This document shows positions 17,839 to 27,235 of a DNA stretch of 55,360 nt, piece after piece. This DNA is from Candidatus Limnocylindrales bacterium. GTDB lineage: Bacteria; Chloroflexota; Limnocylindria; Limnocylindrales; CSP1-4. Below the pieces are notes generated by a model. It was not told the DNA's origin and did not search any database. It saw only the letters and a program-made list of their open reading frames with translations. Position 1 is the stretch's first letter. Each line of letters begins with the position of its first letter. Location of the stretch: NCBI GenBank assembly GCA_044868045.1, contig JBIOWA010000215.1, forward strand, positions 1-55,360, written 5' to 3'. The position numbers were made by a program, and so were the translations under genes.

Positions 17839-18039
17839 ATGTCTGAGGGCCGTGACACGGTCGTCGTCAAGGACGGCGGTAGCAGCACAGGCGTCATCCT
17901 CGGGATCATCGCCATCATCGTCGTGCTGGCCATTGGCTGGTACCTCCTGATGGGCCCCGGTCGCGGGACGAGCAGCAGCTCGTCGAACGACACCAACATC
18001 AACGTCACCCTTCCAACCGCCGCCCCGGCAGCGTCCTGA
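17839..18039 (+). CDS. Small single-TM membrane protein (66 aa)
   Basis: ATG 17839 after AAGGAG. TM segment GVILGIIAIIVVLAIGWYLLM. Confidence 0.55.
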   Translation: MSEGRDTVVVKDGGSSTGVILGIIAIIVVLAIGWYLLMGPGRGTSSSSSNDTNINVTLPTAAPAAS

Positions 18040-18102
18040 CATGACGCGCCGGACCGTTTCCGGCACCATTCCACCTCTATCCCCCAGGAGGTGCCGATCA
18101 CT

Positions 18103-18858
18103 ATGAGCACCCAACCACTCGTGCTCGTTGCCGACGACGAGCCGCGTATCACGAAGCTCGTCTCGATCGCGCTCGGCGAGGAAGGATTCCGCGTCGTCAC
18201 CGCGAACGGCGGTGAGGATGCGCTCCAGAAGGCCGAAGAGGTTCGACCCGACATCGTCCTGCTCGACATCGTCATGCCCGACCTCGACGGCATCGAGGTC
18301 ATGCGTCAGCTCCGCGAGCGGCGCCCAGTCGCGGTGATCCTGCTGACGGCGAAGGGCTCAACGGCCGACAAGGCGAAGGGACTCGACCTCGGGGCCGACG
18401 ACTACATCGCAAAGCCGTTCCATCCGGACGAGCTCGCCGCGCGGGTGCGCGCGGTGCTTCGCCGTTCCTCCGGCGCCAGCCCGGGTTCGGGTGTGATCGC
18501 GTTCGACGACATCGAGATCGATCTCGAGCGGCGGATGGTCACCCGGAACGGGGAGCTGGTCCAGCTCTCGCGAACCGAGTGGCTACTGCTGCAGCACCTC
18601 GCTGCGAACGCCGGCAAGGTCGTGCTGCACACGGAGCTCCTCACCAAGGTCTGGGGTCCCGAGTACCGCGATGACCTCCAGTACCTCCGGGTCTGGGTCT
18701 CGCGCGTCCGGCGCAAGCTCGGCGCCGAACCCGGCGAGCCGGGCCGCATCAAGACGTTCCAGGGCATCGGCTACCTGCTCGACGTAGAGCCGCCGACACC
18801 GCCTGAAACGGTCCAATCAGAACCGGCCAAGGACGAGCAGTCCGCACTGATCGGCTAA
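18103..18858 (+). CDS. OmpR/KdpE-like response regulator (no kinase gene adjacent)
   Basis: Receiver LVLVADDEPRI...DIVLLDIVMPDLDG...LTAKG. Winged helix LSRTEWLLLQHL...YLRVWVSRVRRKL...GIGYLL. Confidence 0.9.
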   Translation: MSTQPLVLVADDEPRITKLVSIALGEEGFRVVTANGGEDALQKAEEVRPDIVLLDIVMPDLDGIEVMRQLRERRPVAVILLTAKGSTADKAKGLDLGADDYIAKPFHPDELAARVRAVLRRSSGASPGSGVIAFDDIEIDLERRMVTRNGELVQLSRTEWLLLQHLAANAGKVVLHTELLTKVWGPEYRDDLQYLRVWVSRVRRKLGAEPGEPGRIKTFQGIGYLLDVEPPTPPETVQSEPAKDEQSALIG

Positions 18859-18889
18859 GCCGGGGTCCGGCCCTGATACGCTCCGAAAG

Positions 18890-19495
18890 ATGCAGCGGTA
18901 TCAGCCGACGACTGGGCTGATCGTCGTCGACGTGCAGAACGACTTCGCCGATCCGGCCGGGAGCTTGTCCGTTAGGGGCGGAGACGCGGTCATCCCGACG
19001 ATCAACGATGAGATCGCGATGGCCACGTCGGCCGGAGCGCTGGTGGTCGCGACGCAGGACTGGCACCCGGAATCCACCCCGCACTTCGCGAAGGACGGCG
19101 GGATCTGGCCGGTCCATTGCGTCGGCGACACGTGGGGCGCGGAGCTCCACCCCGGCCTCGCCATGCCGGCGGACGCGCCGCGGATCCACAAGGGCGCGAA
19201 CGGCGAGGACGGCTATTCCGGCTTCACGATGCGCGACCCGACCAGCGGCGAGGAGACCCCGACCGAGCTCGATCGACTGCTCCGTGACCACGGTATCGAC
19301 AACGTCGTGGTCGTCGGCCTGGCCACCGACTACTGCGTCAGCGCCACTGCGTTGGACGCCGCGCGCCTCGGCTACGACACCGCCACCCTGACCGATGCGA
19401 TCGCTGCGGTCGACCTCCAGCCCGGCGACGGCGATCGAGCCCTGGAGTCGATGCGCGACGCGGGGGTCGCGATGTGGCAGAGCCGCATGCGCTGA
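18890..19495 (+). CDS. pncA: Nicotinamidase/pyrazinamidase (isochorismatase family)
   Basis: VVDVQNDF, the metal site DWHP..H, and catalytic Cys in GLATDYCV. Confidence 0.85.
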   Translation: MQRYQPTTGLIVVDVQNDFADPAGSLSVRGGDAVIPTINDEIAMATSAGALVVATQDWHPESTPHFAKDGGIWPVHCVGDTWGAELHPGLAMPADAPRIHKGANGEDGYSGFTMRDPTSGEETPTELDRLLRDHGIDNVVVVGLATDYCVSATALDAARLGYDTATLTDAIAAVDLQPGDGDRALESMRDAGVAMWQSRMR

Positions 19496-19507
19496 CGCGG
19501 CGAACGC

Positions 19508-20416
19508 TTGCAGCTCCACCTCGTCGACGCCACCTACGAGCTCTTCCGGGCGCATTACGCACCTCGTCCGCCGGTGATCGGACGGGACGGCGTCGTGCTG
19601 TCCGGCGTGTCCGGGCTGTGCGACCAGCTCCTCTACCTCCTGCGTGAGGAGGGCGCCACCCACGTCGGCTGCGCCACCGACCGCGTCATCGAGTCGTTCC
19701 GCAACGATCTCTTTCCCAGGTACAAATCGTCGGCCGGTATGCCCCGCGACCTGCTTGACCAGTTCCCGATCGCCGAGGCCGCCGTCGAGGCGCTCGGGAT
19801 CGTGCTGTGGCCGATGGTCGAGTACGAGGCCGACGACGCGATCGCAGCAGCGGCACTCCGGTTCGCCGTTGACCCCCGCGTCGACAAGATCCTGATCTGC
19901 ACGCCCGACAAGGACATGGCCCAGCTGGTCCTCGACGAGCGGATCGTCCTGTGGGACCGGCGGCGCCGCCTGATCTACGACGACGCCGGCGTTCGAGCGA
20001 AGTGGGGCGTGCCGCCGGCGTCGATCCCGGACTGGCTGGCGGTCGTCGGCGATTCGTCGGATGGCTATCCCGGGATCCCCGGCTGGGGCGCGAAGGGCGC
20101 CGCCGCGATCCTGGGACGGTACGGCCACCTCGAGGATGTGCCGAGCCGCGCCTCGACCTGGGAGGTGCCGGGCGTCGGCGGTGGCCGCGCGATGTCGCTG
20201 TCGGCGTCGCTCCGCGATCACTGGGACGAGGCGATGCTCTACCGCGATCTGGCGCGCCTCCGCACGGCCGATGACGGCGTTGCGATCCGCCAGCGCGACC
20301 CCGATGAGCTGCGCTGGGATGGCGCACCGCGGGATCAATGGGAGGCGTTCTGCGAGGAGTGGGGCCTGGACCGGCTGCGGACGCGGCCCCATCGGTGGCT
20401 CGACGAGGCGAACTAG
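19508..20416 (+). CDS. 5'-3' exonuclease (FEN/PIN-like plus H3TH)
   Basis: LHLVDATYELFRAHYA, acidic clusters EADDAIA and TPDKDMAQL, then H3TH GDSSDGYPGIPGWGAKGA. Confidence 0.85.
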   Translation: MQLHLVDATYELFRAHYAPRPPVIGRDGVVLSGVSGLCDQLLYLLREEGATHVGCATDRVIESFRNDLFPRYKSSAGMPRDLLDQFPIAEAAVEALGIVLWPMVEYEADDAIAAAALRFAVDPRVDKILICTPDKDMAQLVLDERIVLWDRRRRLIYDDAGVRAKWGVPPASIPDWLAVVGDSSDGYPGIPGWGAKGAAAILGRYGHLEDVPSRASTWEVPGVGGGRAMSLSASLRDHWDEAMLYRDLARLRTADDGVAIRQRDPDELRWDGAPRDQWEAFCEEWGLDRLRTRPHRWLDEAN

Positions 20417-20426
20417 GCGCGAGCCC

Positions 20427-21239
20427 CTACCGCACGAGCGCCAGGAGCGCTCCGTGATGCGCCCTCGGCGCCGCGAGGACTCCGATCGACTTCGGGGCGT
20501 GGGCCAGGTCGAACCACGGACCGCCGTCCATCGCCGTGACCCGGGCCCCGCCCCGCTCGGCGATCAGCCCGGCGGCGGCAATGTCCCAGGCTGAGAGTCC
20601 GCCCTGCTGGATGAACGCATCGAATCGGCCGTTGGCGACGTACGCGAGCGCCAGCGCCGCGGATCCCATCGAGCGGGAGATCCGGATCACCTTGCGGACG
20701 CTCCTGGCCCGGGCCGCGACGGCCCGACCGCTCAGCGCCATCGAGATCACGAAGTCCGACAGCCGCTCCTTGTCCGAGACCTCGATGGCGTGGCTTGGCG
20801 ACCCGAGCGTGGACATCAGCATCGCCGGTCGATCGATCGTCCCGGCGAACGTCTCCGCTCGGCTCGGGTCGTGCACCACGCCGACGGAAGGGTGTCCGTC
20901 GATGACGAGGGCGATGGACACGCAGAAGAACGGGATCCCGTTCGCGTAGTTCACGGTGCCGTCGAGCGGGTCGATGATCCAGACCCGGCCGCGACCCGAG
21001 GTAGGCGCCTCGCCCTCAACGGCCCGATGTTCCCCGCTCTCCTCGGCCAGGATCGCGTCACCCGGATGGCGGCCGCGTATCGCGTCGATGACGAGCTCCT
21101 CGGACAGGTGGTCGGCCTCGGTCACGACGTCCCGGGCGCTCTTGTAGTCGATGCGTTCGAGTCGTTCGTATCGATCCATCAGGATCTCGCCGGCGCGGGC
21201 CGCCAGCGCGACGGCGAACGAAAGGTCGTCGTCGATCAC
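20427..21239 (-). CDS. Inositol monophosphatase family protein
   Basis: ILAEES...WIIDPLDGTVNYANG and the C-terminal WDIAAG motif. Confidence 0.9.
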   Translation of the reverse strand: MIDDDLSFAVALAARAGEILMDRYERLERIDYKSARDVVTEADHLSEELVIDAIRGRHPGDAILAEESGEHRAVEGEAPTSGRGRVWIIDPLDGTVNYANGIPFFCVSIALVIDGHPSVGVVHDPSRAETFAGTIDRPAMLMSTLGSPSHAIEVSDKERLSDFVISMALSGRAVAARARSVRKVIRISRSMGSAALALAYVANGRFDAFIQQGGLSAWDIAAAGLIAERGGARVTAMDGGPWFDLAHAPKSIGVLAAPRAHHGALLALVR

Positions 21240-21715
21240 GGGGTCCGGCAGCTCACGACGAGGTCTCGCGGCTCGTTGCCGAACGCGGCCACGACCGTCG
21301 TGAACGTGCGGGTCTCACGGGCCTCGAGGCGCGGCGTCGTGATGAAGGCCGCCGTCCCGACGCCCTGATCGCCGGCCAGCCCGACCCGGCAGGTCGTCTG
21401 CCCGGCCGATCCATCGTTGGTCACCGTGAGGGTGACGGCGAGCCCCCCGGTGGCCGGCTCGACTCGGTCGACCGTGGCCGGGAACGGACCGATCCCCGCG
21501 ATCGACAGCCGAGCGAGCACCGCGAGGATCACGACCGCGCCGAGCACGGCAAAGAACACCGTCCCGTGGACCTGGCCGGCGGCGACGTCCCGCAGCCCGA
21601 GCGGGTTGCAGTCATCACACAGGCCGACGCCGGGCCCGACGGGACGCCCACAGCGGGCGCACGGATGGGTCGGTTCGACCGGCAGGGGCGGATTCGCGCT
21701 GGTCGTCGGGGTCAC
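21236..21715 (-). CDS. Zinc-ribbon / single-TM hypothetical protein
   Basis: CARCGRPV...CDDCNP, then the TM segment VFFAVLGAVVILAVLA. 4-nt overlap with the IMPase gene. Confidence 0.6.
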   Translation of the reverse strand: MTPTTSANPPLPVEPTHPCARCGRPVGPGVGLCDDCNPLGLRDVAAGQVHGTVFFAVLGAVVILAVLARLSIAGIGPFPATVDRVEPATGGLAVTLTVTNDGSAGQTTCRVGLAGDQGVGTAAFITTPRLEARETRTFTTVVAAFGNEPRDLVVSCRTP

Positions 21716-22011
21716 GCTGGGATGGTGCCACGAAACGGTTGGCGGCCCTTCGGGCGCTACCGCCAGCCCAGCGGGACGATCGCCGACCCCTTGGCCATGC
21801 GCGTCGGGATTCTGCCCCCATCAGAGTTCTGGGCATTTCAGGGTCATACCGCCGCCGCCACGGTTGATCGGACCCGTTTCTCGTGCGGGTACGTGCTCGT
21901 GGCGGGTGGCGAATCGGGCGATCTGCCCCGGCATCGGCCAAATCTTCTGGTGGGAGCAGCACTCGAGGTCCTACGGCTCGGCCGGACTCCCCGACCGGCC
22001 CGTGTAGCGCC

Positions 22012-22863
22012 CTATCCCCAGCGGGCGACCGAGTCGACGAGCGCGTCCACGTCTTCGGTCGATCGGGCGAGGACGATCGCGCCATCCGCACCGGCCTCGC
22101 GCAGGCGTTCCCACGTCGCTCTCGGCTCGGTCACCCACCCCGAGTCGAGCACGACGCTCGCATCCCTGTCCCAGCCGCCCTGGAAGCCCACGAGGATCGT
22201 CTGGTCGGCGCGGTCACGGCCGGCCTCCTCGAGGCCGTCGAGGTACACGGGCAGGTTCGCCTCGAAGTTGTCGGCGAACGTGCTCCAGCCGTCCCCGATC
22301 CGGGCTGCCAGGTCCGCGCCAGGACGGGTCTCCCCGCCGACGATGATGCGCGGCGGCGGCTGCGGCACCGGATGCGCGACGGCGTCCTGCAACGGGTAGA
22401 AGGGCGAGGGACGCGTCACCGGCCCGCCCGTCCACAGGGCGCGAATGACCGCGACGGCCTCCTCGAGTCGCCCGACCCGTTCGGGCGCCGGGGGGAAATC
22501 GATGCCGTAGGCCTCGTGCTCCTTGGGCGCCCCGCCGATCCCGATGCCGAGGACGCACCGGCCGTCGCTCGCGATGTGAAGTGTCGAGGCCATCCGCGCC
22601 ACCAGCGCGGGATGCCTGTTCATGACGTTCATGACGAACGTGCCGACCGTCACGCGCGATGTCTGCGCGGCCGCCATCGACAAGATCGTCCAGGCCTCGA
22701 CCACCGGGACGGTCGGATCTCCCCTGCCGATGAAGTGATCCCAGCTCCAGACGCCGGCGAAGCCGGCCTCGTCGAGGCGTCGGGCGCTCTCCAGCCACCA
22801 GCCGGGCGTCGCCCGGATCGAGCGCAGGCATACCCCGATCGGCAGACGCTCCGGCCCGGGCAC
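22012..22863 (-). CDS. LLM-class (luciferase-like) F420-dependent oxidoreductase
   Basis: GFAGVWSWDHF...RVTVGTFVMNVMNRHPALVA...LGIGIGG. GTG 22863 lies 2 nt after the MTAP stop. Confidence 0.85.
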   Translation of the reverse strand: MPGPERLPIGVCLRSIRATPGWWLESARRLDEAGFAGVWSWDHFIGRGDPTVPVVEAWTILSMAAAQTSRVTVGTFVMNVMNRHPALVARMASTLHIASDGRCVLGIGIGGAPKEHEAYGIDFPPAPERVGRLEEAVAVIRALWTGGPVTRPSPFYPLQDAVAHPVPQPPPRIIVGGETRPGADLAARIGDGWSTFADNFEANLPVYLDGLEEAGRDRADQTILVGFQGGWDRDASVVLDSGWVTEPRATWERLREAGADGAIVLARSTEDVDALVDSVARWG

Positions 22864-22865
22864 TC

Positions 22866-23738
22866 CTAGAGGCTCGTCTCGAAGAGGCGGACGTCCTCGT
22901 CCGCGGCGGCATGACCGTCGCCGCGCGTCGGTCCGAGCGCCGCCGTCGCGCCCAGCCCATCGAGGTCCGCAGGAAACCGGCCGATCAGGTCGAGGACGAC
23001 CTTCTGGATCCGCTCGGCGTTTGCCTGGAACACCTCCAGCACGCTCCGGGCATCGACCGCTTCCGTGCCTTCGTGAACACCGGCGTCGTAGTCGGTGATC
23101 AGGCTGATATTCACGACCGCGATCCCGAGCTCGCGGCACAGCCACGCCTCGGGATATTGGGTCATGTTGATGACCTCCCAGCCGGCGTCGCTGAACCACT
23201 TCGACTCGGACTTGGTCGAGAAGCGCGGCCCCTGGATGACGACGACCGTGCCCTGCTCGTGCACCTCGATGCCGTGGTCGCGGATCGTCTCGATGGCGAG
23301 GCCACGGAGGACGGGGTCATAGGTCTCGGCCGACGAAAGGTGGGTCACGATCGGACCGTCGTAGAAGGTGTCGGCCCTGCCCGACGTTCGGTCGACGAAC
23401 TGGTCGCACACGACGAAGTCGCCGGGCTTGACGTGGAGCGCGAGCGACCCGGCGGCGCATGGTGAGATCGCCGCCTTGACACCCAGCGACTTCATAGCCC
23501 AGACATTCGCCCGGTAGTTGATGCGGTGCGGCGGGATCGTATGCCGCCGTCCATGACGCGGCAGGAAGGCGACGCGGCGGCCGGCGACGTCGGCCAGGAA
23601 CAGCGAATCGGACGGGGCACCGTACGGCGTGTCGACCTTGACCTCCCGCACGTCGTCCAGCAGCGAATAGAACCCCGAGCCGCCGAAGACGCCGATCTCC
23701 GCCGTATGCACCCGCCGCTCCCTCCGTTCGTTGACCAT
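22866..23738 (-). CDS. mtnP: S-methyl-5'-thioadenosine phosphorylase
   Basis: IGVFGGSGFY...FLPRHGRRHTIPPHRINYRANVWAMKSLGV. Start is ATG 23738 or GTG 23711 (GGAGGGAG upstream). The 512-aa ORF-track extension is spurious. Confidence 0.9.
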   Translation of the reverse strand: MVNERRERRVHTAEIGVFGGSGFYSLLDDVREVKVDTPYGAPSDSLFLADVAGRRVAFLPRHGRRHTIPPHRINYRANVWAMKSLGVKAAISPCAAGSLALHVKPGDFVVCDQFVDRTSGRADTFYDGPIVTHLSSAETYDPVLRGLAIETIRDHGIEVHEQGTVVVIQGPRFSTKSESKWFSDAGWEVINMTQYPEAWLCRELGIAVVNISLITDYDAGVHEGTEAVDARSVLEVFQANAERIQKVVLDLIGRFPADLDGLGATAALGPTRGDGHAAADEDVRLFETSL

Positions 23739-23834
23739 TTCGGCCTGGACGCCGGTCGATCGGCGCCACGGCAAGTATGCCGGGCTAGGATGGTGACGCC
23801 GCGCCAGGCGCCACGATGGAACGGAGTCGCCGAG

Positions 23835-24191
23835 ATGACCGACAGGCCCACCGACCCGAACGACACCAACCCCACGACCCGCTTCGATCCACCGGCGGCC
23901 GCCGCGTCGACGGCGACCCCACCCCCCGAGGAGCCACCCGCGCCACCGATCGCCCCTTCGACGCCGCCCCCGCCGCCCGCACCGGCGCCGAGGTGGCGCA
24001 CCGGCAGGGACGATCCCGGGCGCGTCGGGACGATCGTGTTCGGCGTGATCCTGCTCGCCATCGGCCTGTGGTTCTTCGCCGACCAGACCCTCGGCCTGGA
24101 CATGCCCCGGCTCAGCTGGAGCCAGCTCTGGCCATTCCTGCTGATCGGGCTCGGGGCGTGGATCGCGGTCGGTTCGATGCGTCGTAGATGA
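23835..24191 (+). CDS. Pro-rich membrane protein
   Basis: ATG 23835. PPAAAASTATPPPEEPPAPPIAPSTPPPPPAPAP, then two TM helices. Confidence 0.6.
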   Translation: MTDRPTDPNDTNPTTRFDPPAAAASTATPPPEEPPAPPIAPSTPPPPPAPAPRWRTGRDDPGRVGTIVFGVILLAIGLWFFADQTLGLDMPRLSWSQLWPFLLIGLGAWIAVGSMRRR

Positions 24192-24844
24192 CGGATTGGG
24201 TGCAAGGGGATGGTTCGCTCGAGGATCGCTTGACCCTGGCCGATTGGCGCCGCCGCGTCGCCGCGCTCTATGTCGAGGTCCGAGCCATGGCCGCCCGTGA
24301 CCCGGCGGTCGCGCTCGCCCACTGGCGGGTGACGCGCGAATGGCTGTTCCGCGAGCATCCCCAGTCGCCACTTCCGAGTTCGGAGCGGGCGGGATTCCGG
24401 GCACAGCACTTCGATCACGATCCGGGACTGCGCTTCACGGTGACGGTCGAGCACGCGCCACCGCCCGACCCGGCGGCTCCCGCTCTCGACCTGCCGAACA
24501 GCGGTTCCGACACGCTGTCGTTCCGGCGCATCGGCGTGGTCCGCCTGCCGTTCCCGGAGGGCGAGCGGCGACTGTCGGTCTTCTGGCTGGCCGGCTACGC
24601 AGGCGGCGTGTTCATCCCGTTCCGGGACGCGACGAACGGGACCGAGACATACGGCGCCGGCCGCTACCTCATGGACGCTGCGAAATCCGCGGACCTCGGC
24701 ACGACCGACGACGGCCGGCTCATCCTCGACTTCAACTTCGCGACCCAGCCCTCGTGCGCGTTCGACCCTCGTTGGGCATGTCCGCTGGCGCCGCCGGAGA
24801 ACCGGCTCGACATCGCGGTCCGCGCGGGCGAACGCCTTGCGTAG
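24188..24844 (+). CDS. DUF1684 domain protein
   Basis: FIPFRDATNGTETYGAGRYL...LDFNFATQPSCAF.P.WACPL..EN is characteristic of the family. ATGA overlap at 24188. Confidence 0.85.
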   Translation: MTDWVQGDGSLEDRLTLADWRRRVAALYVEVRAMAARDPAVALAHWRVTREWLFREHPQSPLPSSERAGFRAQHFDHDPGLRFTVTVEHAPPPDPAAPALDLPNSGSDTLSFRRIGVVRLPFPEGERRLSVFWLAGYAGGVFIPFRDATNGTETYGAGRYLMDAAKSADLGTTDDGRLILDFNFATQPSCAFDPRWACPLAPPENRLDIAVRAGERLA

Positions 24845-24849
24845 CGGGG

Positions 24850-25056
24850 CTCAACCCCGCGGCGTCGACTCCCAGGCGACGGAAGGCGCCGAGCGGACGT
24901 TCCGCGGCGGCCTCGACCTACGGCGTCGACTCCCACGCGACGGAAAGGCACCGAACGGACGTCTCGACCCCACGGCGTCGACTCCCACGCGACGGAAAGG
25001 CACCGAGCGGACGTTCCGGGACAGCCTCGACCCCACGGCGTCGACTCCCACGCGAC
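24850..25056. repeat. Minisatellite: about 3.5 tandem units of 62, 51, 63 and 31 nt
   Basis: Units start at 24850, 24912, 24963 and 25026. Core CTCGACCCCACGGCGTCGACTCCCACGCGACGGAAAGGCACCGAGCGGACGT. Two units carry an extra 11-12 nt (TCCG.G...GC). Confidence 0.9.
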
Positions 25057-25088
25057 CGACCGTGCTCCTCCGTCGACCGTGCTCCTCC
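25057..25088. repeat. 15-nt direct repeat x2 (CGACCGTGCTCCTCC), period 17
   Basis: Copies at 25057-25071 and 25074-25088, immediately after the minisatellite. Confidence 0.85.
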
Positions 25089-25113
25089 TACCGCGTCCTC
25101 CCGAACGGCCCGT

Positions 25114-25196
25114 GTCGACGCGACTGTGGCGCCCGTTTTCGAGCCGAAGGATCCGAAAGGACCCTCCTCGGCGTCGATTCGCGACTGTCGCGCCCG
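25114..25196. repeat. Dispersed pair GTCGA(C/TT)CGCGACTGT(G/C)GCGCCCG
   Basis: Copies at 25114-25135 and 25173-25196 in the same spacer. Confidence 0.6.
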
Positions 25197-25367
25197 GAAC
25201 CTACCTGAGGGAGCCCATTTGGGGGGTCTTCGGCTCAAGAACGTGACTGACACGCCCGCGTCGCGCCCCACGAGAGCACGTTGGCACCCCGCGAGGTGGC
25301 CGGCGGCCAGCGGCGCCGCGTACCATCGCTCGATGATCGATGTCGTCCGGGCGGTCGAACCGTGCCC

Positions 25368-26291
25368 ATGAAGTTCGGCCTCCAGCTCTGGTCACAGGCG
25401 ACCGACTGGCCGTCCTTCCGCGACGCGGCGCTCGCGGCCGAGGCCAACGGCTGGGACTCGGTCTGGACCTGGGACCACCTCCTCGCGATCTTCGGTCCCT
25501 GGGAGCAGCCCATCTTCGAAGGCTGGACCGCGCTCGCCGCGCTCGGCCCGTTGACGGAGCGGGTGCGGCTCGGGCTGATGGTCGGGGCCAACACGTTCCG
25601 CAATCCGGGCGTCACGGCCAAGCTCGCGACCACGCTCGACCACGTCTCGAACGGCCGGGCGGTGCTCGGCATCGGCGGCGCCTGGTTCGAGCGCGAGCAC
25701 GACGCCTTCGGCATCGATTTCGGGGCCAGCCCAGGTGAGCGCCTCGGCTGGCTCGACGAGTCGGTCATGCTGATCCGACGCCTGCTCAACGGCGAGCGGG
25801 TCGATCATCAGGGCCCCCGCTACACCATGCACGACGCGTTGTGCGAGCCGCGCCCGATCCAGCCGCGACTGCCGATCCTCGTCGGCGGCAGCGGGCGTCA
25901 GAAGACGCTCCGGACCGTCGCGGAGCGAGCCGACGCATGGAACACTTCCGGCTCCTACGAGCAGGTCAGCGACGCCCTCGCCACGCTCGAGCGACATTGC
26001 GCCGCAGTCGGGCGCGACCCCGCGACCATCGAGAAGACCGTGAGTTTCCACATCATCTTGCGCGATGACGCTGCCGCGGCTGACACACGGACACGCGAGC
26101 TGCTGCGAGGTAACGGCGTGGCCATCAACGACTTCGGCGAGTACGTCGCGGACACCCCCGCACAGGTCGCGGAGACCCTCGTCCCCTATCGAGAGCTCGG
26201 CTTCGAGACATTCATCGTCCGCATGCCGGCGCCCTACGATCACGAGACGATCGAGCGGATCGGCGAGGTCGGGGAGCTGCTCGAGCGATGA
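25368..26291 (+). CDS. LLM-class F420-dependent oxidoreductase
   Basis: MKFGLQLW...GWDSVWTWDHL...RLGLMVGANTFRNPGV...LGIGGAW. Confidence 0.9.
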   Translation: MKFGLQLWSQATDWPSFRDAALAAEANGWDSVWTWDHLLAIFGPWEQPIFEGWTALAALGPLTERVRLGLMVGANTFRNPGVTAKLATTLDHVSNGRAVLGIGGAWFEREHDAFGIDFGASPGERLGWLDESVMLIRRLLNGERVDHQGPRYTMHDALCEPRPIQPRLPILVGGSGRQKTLRTVAERADAWNTSGSYEQVSDALATLERHCAAVGRDPATIEKTVSFHIILRDDAAAADTRTRELLRGNGVAINDFGEYVADTPAQVAETLVPYRELGFETFIVRMPAPYDHETIERIGEVGELLER

Positions 26292-27235
26292 GGGTCGTGC
26301 TCCTGGCGGGTGGCGTCGGGGGATCCAAGATCGCAGACGGACTGGCCGGGCAAGTCGGTGCCGACCTCACCGTCATCGTCAACACCGGCGACGATCTCGA
26401 GCTTCACGGCCTCGTGATCTGGCCGGATCACGACACGGTCGCCTACACGCTGGCCGACCTCGACGACGAGATCCGAGGCTGGGGGCTGCGCGGCGAGAGC
26501 TGGACGGTGATGGACCGGCTCGAGGAGCTCGGCGAGCTGTCCTGGTTCCGCCTGGGCGATCGCGACCTTGCCACGCACCTCTGGCGCACCGATCGGTTGC
26601 GGGCCGGCAGACGACCGACGGATGTCGCGCTCGAGCTGCAGCGGGCGATGGGCATCGCCCCGCGCATCCTGCCGATGGCCGATGAGCCGGTTCGGACTGA
26701 GGTCCTCACCGCCGACGGCTGGCTCGAGTTCCAGGAGTATTTCGTGCATCGCCACCAGGAGCCGGCCGTCCACGAGGTCCGGTTTCGGGGCGTCGACGAC
26801 GCGCGAGCGACGCCCGAGGCGCTCGCGGCGTTCGATGCTGCCGAGGTGATCGTGATCGCGCCGTCGAACCCCGTCGTATCGATCGCCCCGATCCTCGCCG
26901 TGCCGGGGATTCGAGCGGCGCTCGGAGAGAGTCGCGAACGTGGCGTGCCGGTCGTGGCGATCAGCGGGATCATCGGCGGCAAGGCGCTCAAGGGCCCCGC
27001 CGATCGCATGCTCGCGTCGCTCGGCCGCGAAAGCAGCGCCGCCGGCGTCGCCCGGGAATACGCCGACATCGCCGACGCGTTCGTCCTCGACACCGTCGAT
27101 GCGGCGACATCCGGAACCATCAGCGCCCTGGGGATGCGCATCCTGGTCACCGACACGATCATGGCCGACGACGCCCGGCGCGCCCAACTCGCGCGCGATG
27201 TCCTTGCGTTCTCAACGGGGAACGGATCCGACTGA
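26288..27235 (+). CDS. cofD: 2-phospho-L-lactate transferase (CofD/FbiA)
   Basis: VVLLAGGVGGSK...VIVNTGDD..LHGL.IWPDHDTV.YTLA...WF.LGDRDLATH. ATGA overlap with the upstream LLM gene. Confidence 0.9.
   Translation: MRVVLLAGGVGGSKIADGLAGQVGADLTVIVNTGDDLELHGLVIWPDHDTVAYTLADLDDEIRGWGLRGESWTVMDRLEELGELSWFRLGDRDLATHLWRTDRLRAGRRPTDVALELQRAMGIAPRILPMADEPVRTEVLTADGWLEFQEYFVHRHQEPAVHEVRFRGVDDARATPEALAAFDAAEVIVIAPSNPVVSIAPILAVPGIRAALGESRERGVPVVAISGIIGGKALKGPADRMLASLGRESSAAGVAREYADIADAFVLDTVDAATSGTISALGMRILVTDTIMADDARRAQLARDVLAFSTGNGSD

Noticed and set aside
22866-24404. Very long N-terminal extensions in the ORF track (MTAP 512 aa; also lhgO 618 aa, the ABC ATPase from 6095, LLM from 23199, corA from 3465).
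   Set aside because: The conserved domains start far downstream at SD-preceded or translationally coupled ATG/GTG codons. The extensions are Arg/Pro filler that overlaps neighbouring genes.
24850-25056. CRISPR array interpretation of the tandem repeats.
   Set aside because: The units abut directly or are separated by only 11-12 nt, with no unique spacers of 25-40 nt. No cas genes are present in the window.
24837-25208. Repeat-containing 123-aa ORF read as a repetitive protein.
   Set aside because: Unit lengths (62, 51, 63 nt) are not all multiples of three, so the peptide repeat drifts between frames. There is no SD or credible start.
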